A DNA stretch of 64,000 bases from Hormiphora californensis (lineage: Eukaryota; Animalia; Ctenophora). The position numbers were made by a program, and so were the translations under genes. Below the pieces are notes generated by a model. It made no database searches. It saw nothing but the letters and a program-made list of their open reading frames with translations, and was not told the origin of the DNA. Below, one piece after another: positions 56,191-64,000 of the stretch; positions within the stretch are counted from its first letter, which is position 1; the number at the start of each line of letters is the position of its first letter. The stretch is taken from assembly GCA_020137815.1 (NCBI GenBank), contig CM035355.1:5270001-5334000 (forward strand), written 5' to 3'.

Positions 56191-56922
56191 TGTCGCGTTA
56201 ATGAGATAATTGGATAATTAGATGCACGTATAGCCGTTTTTCACTAAAACGGTTCAATATGAGTTTCATCAATTTTCACATAGTGCATCCGGTAGAGCAT
56301 ACCCATCTTTATAGATGACTTTTTAACAAACATAGGGTCTATTTCCCACCAGAAACGAGATGTTTTTTGCCCACAGTGGGCAAATGTGGGCACAATAAAA
56401 GGTGACGTCCCCCCTGTTTATGTTTATGTTTATGTTTATGTTCATGTTCATGTTTATGTTTATGTTTATGTTTATGTTTATGTTTATCTCACTCAAAACT
56501 CAAAATTTTTTACGTTCCGACCCGAAACCGGTTGCACTGGGTGAATAATGTTGAAACTCATCCCGAACCGTTTTAGCCGTATGGTGAAAAACGGTTGTCA
56601 CGTGCATCTAATTATCCAATTATCTCATTAACGCGACATGCTAGAGACTTCATTTTGGTGTCTACACCCACTAATGCGAGGACGCTACACACTTTAGTGC
56701 CCTTATTTTGTCTCTACTCCAATTCTAAGGGAAGTTATGAATTTTAGGATAGCCTGGAATTGCACTAGCCACGCCCACCCGGAAATAAGAGGGTTCCACC
56801 TTCGGTAGAGTGTGAACCTTTTTTGAGGTGTTAGTGGGGACCCATTAGAACACTAGTGGAGGAATTAGCTTGTTATCAATTTTTTCCTGGTCACCGCCCT
56901 CAGCAGCTCAGCTCCCTTACTA
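56191..56922. mobile_element. Left-truncated foldback element related to 45851-46848, with internal (TTTATG)n
   Basis: Inverted arms 56191-~56290 / ~56540-56638. Shares CCCACTAATGCGAGGACGCTACACA.TTTAGTGCCCT, TTTGTCTCTACTCC and AATTAGCTTGTTA with the 46-kb element, and ends ..CCCTTACTA. Confidence 0.65.
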
Positions 56923-57259
56923 TTTAACAAACTTTAGATAATTACCTTAAAACTACAAATATTAGAGCTTGGTGTTCAAGACAAAAGTTTCTCTAAATAT
57001 ATATATAGCGGACATTTCGCGACCAATTTCAAGTCTCTACGATGTTCCTGAGCTGACATATTAACATATCCTAGAAATTCATTCATGTTCATTTTTGAAG
57101 GTCATCTCATGGTCGTAGCTTCTTAGACTTTTGGCTGCTGGTTCAGGGAACCCCTGGGGTCATTTTACAACCGGTGGTCAATTGACCGTCAAAATTTCCA
57201 CCCAATGTACACAATTGTGACATTTTGTGACATGTGCATGAAAAAAATATGCATGTCAC

Positions 57260-59275
57260 ATGTCACGTGGCACACCCCCCCCCCCATATCGTGATATCAA
57301 ACAATCGAACAATATTTTCAGGGCGAACGAGACGTACCGCCTACTGTCGCCAAGTGGAGAAACACTACTCATCGGTAAACGGCTACCTTCCGAAGAGAAA
57401 CATACAACATGCCACGGAAAACAGCTTGGAGACGGTTGGGACAAGTTCGAAATAATGTCTGTTTGCGTTACGACGGGGGATTCGTATTTCGAGTACGACC
57501 CGGACATTCATTGTGTAGGTTCTTTCGTGGCTTGGAAGACCTCAAACATCACCCTAAACAACTCACAAAACTCAAATGGATCAAGTAGGAAAGGCCGTTG
57601 CTGTTTAATGAAAAAGTGTATTGAAACATACATCTCAGAACCTGATGAGATTAACGTCAGAACCCATTTCAAAAGCCTATCGTCCCAGGAGAAGGCAAAA
57701 TATGTCTCCAACTCAATCACCCTACAGCTACCCAAGAGAAAAATGAGATCTGGACATTTGAAAAATTGGTCAAGGACTTTTACTATTAACGGGGGCATCG
57801 TTTGTAAAAGAAGATTTATGTCCATCCTGGGGCAGAGGTCCGATAGATTTATTACATCAGCCTTAGAAGTTTCCTACTCCCCGGGCAGGGGAAGGTTTGC
57901 AAAGAAAACAGTGAAACAGGAAAATGTGGACTGGATAAAGGAGTTCATCGAATCACGATTTTCTCCAGGGATATCACACTACCGACGAGCACACGCTCCC
58001 CATCGGAGGTACGTCGATCCCTCGCTCACCAGAATAGCGATGTACGATATGTATAAAAAGGAGGTGGAGGAAAATCAGACCAATAGGAGGATAGTAAGTG
58101 AGTCGAAATTTAGGTTGATTCTAAAGGAGATGAACATATCATTGGCCAAACTAGGCCATGAAGAATGTGAGATCTGCACGCTCAAAGAAAATCACCTCAA
58201 AGAAGTGGACCATACAGATGTTCAAAATTCTAGCTGTGACCTATGCGAGGGGTTTGACGAACACGAAAGGAATGCGAAGAAGGCGAGGGAACTCTATAGA
58301 GCGGATGTGGAAAGAGCGAAGCAGACCAACCAAGAGGAGCAGCTGTACTATGCGGTGGACCTGCAAAAAGTCACAATGATACCAGACATGACCCAGTACA
58401 AAAGCGCAATATTTTCTCATCGGATCTGCGCATACAACGAATCTTTTTCACCGATTGGTAGAGAGACCAAAAGTCGGCGTAGCGTTGCTATGGTCTGGCA
58501 TCAGGCGCTCCAGGGCCGGAACGATGAAGACATCGTTTCATGTTGGATCAAGTTCATGTCTGGCCATCGTGACTGCAAAAACTTAGTGATATGGTGCGAT
58601 AATTGTAATTCACAAAACCGTAATTGGACACTCATAACGGTGTTAACCCAGTTCATTAACGATTGCAAGGAAGAGTTTAGATATGAAACCATCACAATCA
58701 AATATTTTACTCCGGGGCACACCTTTATGGCCTGTGACTCGTTCCATCATAGGGTGGAGCAGAGTAGGAGGCATTCAGAGGTTTATGATTTTAACGATTA
58801 TGTTGAATGTATAGATCGTGTTGGGTTTGTGGTACCAATGATGGAATCTGATTTCCTTGCACATCAGAGCGGATTGTCCCACGCTAAAGAGGTGAAGGAC
58901 ACCAGACCTCACTTGGCAACAATCAAAATGCTGCAATTCAGGAGGGACTCATGGGAGTTCTTCTGTAAAGGGTCTTATGAGGCAACAGAATGGGTGACAG
59001 TGCCGTTCTTGAAAAAAAAATTCCCGAAAGATTGCTGGCCTGACCCCAAACCTGTTCGGGGAATTAAACCGTTCAGGAAGAACGAAATTATCAACAAACT
59101 TATCAACTTGATGCCGCAAAACAGAAGACTATTTTGGCAGAACCTTCCCGTGGTACCCTCTCGGTCTCCCTCTCCAGTAGCTAATAAGAAGGGTAGAGGG
59201 AAGAGGACCGTCTCCCCAGTACCCTCTCGGTCACCCTCTCCAGCCCCCAGGAGAGGAAAGAGGACTGACATGTGA
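57260..59275 (+). CDS. Sola1-type DDD transposase (671-aa open frame; the true start is probably downstream of ~57570)
   Basis: Motifs VCKRRFMSILG, SHYRR, CEIC, VDLQKV, WCDNCNSQNRN and YFTPGHTFMACDSFH. A downstream inverted repeat CTAGGAAACAGGCGT/ACGCCTGTTTCCTAG lies at about 59395-59508. Confidence 0.8.
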   Translation: MSRGTPPPPYRDIKQSNNIFRANETYRLLSPSGETLLIGKRLPSEEKHTTCHGKQLGDGWDKFEIMSVCVTTGDSYFEYDPDIHCVGSFVAWKTSNITLNNSQNSNGSSRKGRCCLMKKCIETYISEPDEINVRTHFKSLSSQEKAKYVSNSITLQLPKRKMRSGHLKNWSRTFTINGGIVCKRRFMSILGQRSDRFITSALEVSYSPGRGRFAKKTVKQENVDWIKEFIESRFSPGISHYRRAHAPHRRYVDPSLTRIAMYDMYKKEVEENQTNRRIVSESKFRLILKEMNISLAKLGHEECEICTLKENHLKEVDHTDVQNSSCDLCEGFDEHERNAKKARELYRADVERAKQTNQEEQLYYAVDLQKVTMIPDMTQYKSAIFSHRICAYNESFSPIGRETKSRRSVAMVWHQALQGRNDEDIVSCWIKFMSGHRDCKNLVIWCDNCNSQNRNWTLITVLTQFINDCKEEFRYETITIKYFTPGHTFMACDSFHHRVEQSRRHSEVYDFNDYVECIDRVGFVVPMMESDFLAHQSGLSHAKEVKDTRPHLATIKMLQFRRDSWEFFCKGSYEATEWVTVPFLKKKFPKDCWPDPKPVRGIKPFRKNEIINKLINLMPQNRRLFWQNLPVVPSRSPSPVANKKGRGKRTVSPVPSRSPSPAPRRGKRTDM

Positions 59276-59646
59276 ACTAAATAAAAACTAATTGTGCGGT
59301 GGGGAACTTTAGTCCTGTATTAGGAGTTTTTTGTGCTTTTTATTGACTTCTTAATTTATTTACTTCTTTAAAAAAGGATTATTTTTTGGAATTACTAGGA
59401 AACAGGCGTAACAGTTCATATCGTATCACATCCGTATCAAAAACTTCAATTGGGCATTATAAACCACCTCGAATCAAAACGAAAAATTATATAACGCCTG
59501 TTTCCTAGCAAAAGTAAAGATAAGAACGTCACCTCCCACACCTCTCCCACAGTAACCCCTGTCACCTTGCCTCCCCTTGTCACCCCTGTCACCTTGCCTC
59601 CCTTTGTCACACTTGTCACCTTGTCTCCCACTGTAACCCCCGTCAC

Positions 59647-59674
59647 CTTGTCTCCCTTTGTCAGGCAGGATGAC
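59647..59674 (-). CDS. TBCD: Candidate 28-nt TBCD microexon (VILPDKGRQ-G)
   Basis: Minus strand reads CCCCTTCCCCAG|GTCATCCTGCCTGACAAAGGGAGACAAG|GTGACG. The peptide aligns with vertebrate TBCD YLIVSDKARDA (recalled), which lies just upstream of the 27640-27817 exon. The linking exon was not found. Confidence 0.45.
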
Positions 59675-60660
59675 CTGGGGAAGGGGAGTGAGTTAGGAGG
59701 CAGGATGACCTAGGGAAGGGGGTGAGTTAGGGGTCAGGATGACCTAGGGAAGGGGGCGAGTTAGGAGGCAGGATGACCTAGGGAAGGGGGTGAGTTAGGA
59801 GGCAGGATGACCTGGGGAAGGGGGTGAGTTAGGAGGCAGGATGACCTGGGGAAGGGGGTGAGTTAGGGGTCAGGATAACCTAGGGAAGGGGGTGAGTTAG
59901 GAGGCAGGATGACCTAGGGAAGGGAGGTGAGTTAGGAGGCAGGATGACCTAGGGAAGGGGGTGAGTTAGGAGGCAGGATAACCTAGGGAAGGGGGTGAGT
60001 TAGGGGTCAGGATAACCTGGGGAAGGGGGTGAGTTAGGAGGCAGGATGACCTGGGGAAGGGGGGTGAGTTAGGAGGCAGGATAACCTAGGGAAGGGAGGT
60101 GAGTTAGGAGGCAGGATGACCTAGGGAAGGGGGTGAGTTAGGGGTCAGGATAACCTAGGGAAGGGGGTGAGTTAGGAGGCAGGATGACCTGGGGAAGGGG
60201 GTGAGTTAGGGGTCAGGATAACCTAAGGAAGTGGGGTGAGTTAGGAGGCAGGATGACCTGGGGAAGGGGGGTGAGTTAGGGGTCAGGATAACCTGGGGAA
60301 GGGGGGTGAGTTACGAGGCAGGATGACCTGGGGAAGGGGGTGAGTTAGGAGGCAGGATGACCTGGGGAAGGGGGTGAGTTAGGAGGCAGGATGACCTGGG
60401 GAAGGGGGGTGAGTTAGGGGTCAGGATAACCTGGGGAAGGGGGTGAGTTAGGAGGCAGGATGACCTGGGGAAGGGGGTGAGTTAGGAGGCAGGATGACCT
60501 AGGGAAGGGGGGTGAGTTAGGGGTCAGGATGACCTAGGGAAGGGGGGTGAGTTAGGAGGCAGGATGACCTGGGGAAGGGGGGTGAGTTAGGAGGCAGGAT
60601 GACCTGGGGAAGGGGGTGAGTTAGGAGGCATGATGACCTGGGGAAGGGGGGTGAGTGAGG
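59663..60660. repeat. ~33-34 bp G-rich minisatellite, about 30 copies, flanked on both sides by ~21-bp GTCACCTT-type repeats (59528-59662, 60662-60778)
   Basis: Unit AGGCAGGATGACCT(G/A)GGGAAGGGGGTGAGTTAGG. The minus strand reads CCTAACTCACCCCCTTCCC(C/T)AG|GT(C/T)ATCCTG. Confidence 0.95.
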
Positions 60661-62665
60661 GCCTGTCACCTTATATCCCTTTGTCACCCCTGTCACCTTA
60701 TCTCCAATTGTAACCCCTGTCACTTTGCCTCCCATTGTAACCCCTGTCACTTTGCCTCCCACTGTCTCCCATGTCACTGAACTATCACACTCGCGGGAAT
60801 TTGAAATGTTTGTAAAAAATTAAAGAATACGGATACAAATCATCCAAATATTAACAAAATATATTGTCATCTAACTGTTCTGTCCTTACATTCCCACACT
60901 CCTAGACAAATACTCCTCTTCGTGAATAACCCGAATGGAGACAATCTCACTCCCGTTCCCTCTCATCGATATTATCTCTCTGTCAGACCCTTTCTCTATC
61001 TCTCAGCAACCGACCGGACCAAATAAACAACCAATCCGAGCTCATTATTCAGGTCACGTGACTGGTTATCAGCCAATCGATTGTTAAAACATGTAATGAA
61101 CTGGCCTGTGTGTCTGTCTGTGTGTCTGTCTGTGATCTGTTTGTATGTCTGTGATCTGTTTGTATGTCTGTCATATTTTATGAACACGGACCTGTGTAGA
61201 GGTCGGAAGAAAATTCTTGAATCTCCAATCTCCATGTTTCACTCTGATATTACAAGCCGAACTCAACCAATTTCAAAGTATGACTCGTACCGGAACAGAT
61301 TAATCTTCCAGATTTTATCTGCAGGTTCGTCTTAGTTTGAGAGTTGCCATAGCGTTTTTCTGTTTTCGCTCAATTTATCAGCACCATGATTTTAACATTC
61401 CGCCCGAAGGGCGGGCGGCCCATCTCTTTATGCTGCTGCAGGCTGCTGCAGGCTGCTGCAGTTGTAATTTGTGCGTCTGTTTGTCTGTGCGTCTGTTTGT
61501 CTGCAGCTGCTGCTCTGGAGTTACTTTCAAGACTAGCAAGAATTCTAACACATTTTATACTTCACTGCGTGTTAAATGAAAATTAACTTCGTTTGTGATT
61601 TTATCCAAAATATTGAAGTAAGATTGCGATTTTGAAGCACATGTACACTTTTGTTCGATTAAGTTACTTTTAGGCATTTTGAATACAGTTCTGAAGAAGT
61701 ATTTTTAGGAATGAAGTAATTACTGAAGTATATGCAAGTGAAGTACTTTTTAGGTGCTTTTGTTGCTATTATGATGAAGTATTTTTTTGAGTGAAGTAAT
61801 TACTGAAGTATCTACCACGAAAAATTATGCTTCAGTCGATATCAGTCTAGCAACGGAAGTATTTTCAAAACTGTAATATAAGTGAAGTAACCAACAGAGT
61901 AAGGCATCAATTTTGATGCCTGACATCAATTTGAGACAAATTTGATGATAGCTGATAATTGGAAGTCCTGCAGAATTCCTTCAGGATTCTTGTGGTATAA
62001 GTCATAAATCGTTTGACGTACTATTTGGGCTTCTATGACAATTTTAGTTCCGAAAAACCCTCTAAAAAACTTTAAAGTCGATTTTCTCGAAACTTAAAAA
62101 ATGCAAATACTTCATTCTAAAAAAAAGGGGCAGTATTATCGATAGAGTGGAAAGATCGAATCCCGGATACTCATTTTTTAGCATGGCGGCATGTTTTGAC
62201 ACTTATCGAGATCAGTAAGCACAGGTCTTCCAACAGACCTGTTAGACTTTCCCTGATAAAGTAATAATGAATATACTATTGTTATCTTTCAAAAAGGGTA
62301 ATAATAATCAGTAAATAAAGTTGATTGCTTTGTAACTTGCAGTATTAATTTATTCCTATTATTTTATCATCTTTTAGGTGAGTGGTGGAATATACGAGCA
62401 CAGTACTGAGGCAGAGAAATATCGTATTATAGCTTCATATGGTTTTGAAAGAGTAAACGGGACATTTGGTGTGATTAGCATGTAAGACCTCAACGGCCAC
62501 CGAAACAGAGAAACCCGAGAGGGATAATAGCCGATTTCTCGGATGTTGAGCAACCATAGATTATAAAATGATGAATACAATAATAAATACGAAGGAACCC
62601 TTCGGAAGGGTCAGAGGTATGTATTTCTCTTTACATTCCTAAGAGTCATCAAATTATTTTTCTAG

Positions 62666-62811
62666 GTCTCAACAAAGATGATGGGATAATGGATACAAAG
62701 TGTAGACTGTGTGAAGTGGTGTTTCCCAACATAATCAGCAGGCAGACACATCAAAATGGAGCGAGACACATGAAGGCGGTGTTGGTCAACCACAAAATTA
62801 TTCCCAGCCAG
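62666..62811 (+). other. Exon-like segment encoding a matrin/U1-type zinc finger
   Basis: TTTTTCTAG|..|GTATT boundaries. The open frame reads KCRLCEVVFPNIISRQTHQNGARHMKAV (C-x2-C-x12-H-x5-H). Confidence 0.5.
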
Positions 62812-64000
62812 GTATTCCAACAACCCTAGCTGTTATTAGTTAAATTAGTTATTAGTATCTTAGACTATAGTTTGTTCTGCAAAACTCTAACACTGTATTC
62901 TCTTCCTAGATCTAATACTGAGACTCAGAGAAATCCTTTGGAACATTTTGGTTCATATCTTGTCAATGACACTTACTGACTGCTACATAGTCAGCTATAC
63001 TATTGCTTTTATTATTAGATATTTTTTGTAAAAACTAGGTTTTGCCTTCTCATTCTACCCCCACACCCCTGCCCCTTTAAATCCCACATAATAGTAATAC
63101 TCAACTAACCAACTTTAATATCTAGCAAGATGTCTGTTATCGGACTAGAGGGAATTAGCCACCATGGTTTTAGACCTACAGAAGTTACGTTTATAGATCT
63201 CTCAGAAGACAAGTTAGAGGTATGCCCATCCGATAGCCGATTTCTCGGATGTTGAGCAACCCTAGATTATAAAATAATGAATACAATAATAAATAAGAAG
63301 GAACCCTTCGGAAGGGTCAGAGGTATGTATTTCTCCAGAACTGAATAGAAAATGCAGTAGCAACACCATGTGGACAAATCTTTCATGGCATTGAACGCGG
63401 TTAGAAGAAGATTATTACTGGGATCGATGAGAAAGTGTTTCCCATGCGGGATTTGTTCGGATTTCTTACTGGTATGATATCCAGAACTACCGGTGACTAA
63501 GCCACAAAGAATTATCCGCACCAATGTTAATTCCGGATCTACAAGTAAATAGGGAAGGCCGTCTGCAGCTGAGGGCACAATTCGAAACGCGAGGACCTCC
63601 TCCCGGAACGGGCATAGTCGAGGTCTTTTTGTATGAAGAATGCAATACTAGTAACTAAAATAGCTAGTGCATTCGACCATTGTTTTAATAAGGAGAAGTA
63701 TCGTATCATATCCATTATCCTCACATATATGTGTACACGGAACATTAATTTTATCATTAGTAGTCATTAGGGAATTAGGTGTGTTACAGGGGGGTGTTTA
63801 TGGTTTTCATAAAGGATGACTGGAATTGATGTCACCGTTCACCTCACTTATAGCTGTGGATCCTGCGTGGAACTACTAACAAAGGAAAAATTACCGTTTA
63901 GTACAGTAGTAAGCAGTAGTTTTTCCTCTGTTAGTTCATTTGAAATCTTCAGATACCTGGCCGAGTTGGCGGATAAATACAGCATCAAAGATCGCCGAGG

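Noticed and set aside
59663-60660. CRISPR array or telomeric repeat
   Set aside because: Units are contiguous with no unique spacers, there are no cas genes and the context is eukaryotic. TTAGGG occurs only singly within some 33-bp units.
63345-63400. RING-like fragment (AVATPCGQIFH)
   Set aside because: Too short, interrupted by stops, and missing the other ligands.

Overview
This is eukaryotic (animal) genomic DNA, not prokaryotic: GT-AG introns, (GA)n microsatellites and eukaryotic transposons. A ctenophore-like invertebrate is my guess and cannot be proven from this window. The first ~28 kb is gene-dense: the 3' part of AP-3 delta adaptin (AP3D1, +), a complete 26S proteasome lid subunit gene (PSMD12/Rpn5, +) and the 3' ~three-quarters of tubulin-folding cofactor D (TBCD, -). 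Two intronless ORFs sit antisense inside PSMD12 introns: an acidic membrane-anchored protein with an 8-Cys tail, and a highly divergent N-myristoyltransferase-fold protein. From ~27.8 kb to the end, the window looks like very large TBCD intron space filled with mobile DNA. This includes a Polinton/adintovirus PolB remnant, a Transib MITE, a truncated LINE, tRNA-derived SINEs, Helentron remnants, an Academ-like ~1 kb palindrome, a hAT element nested in a pogo-like element, and an apparently intact Sola1-type transposase ORF. The most unusual pattern is a set of tandem repeats that copy the splice sites themselves ('splice-site echoes') at about ten exon boundaries in four genes. The extreme case is ~30 tandem branch-point/acceptor units next to a probable 28-nt TBCD microexon at 59647-59674. 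All exon coordinates were read by eye and all homology calls rest on recalled family motifs, not database searches.
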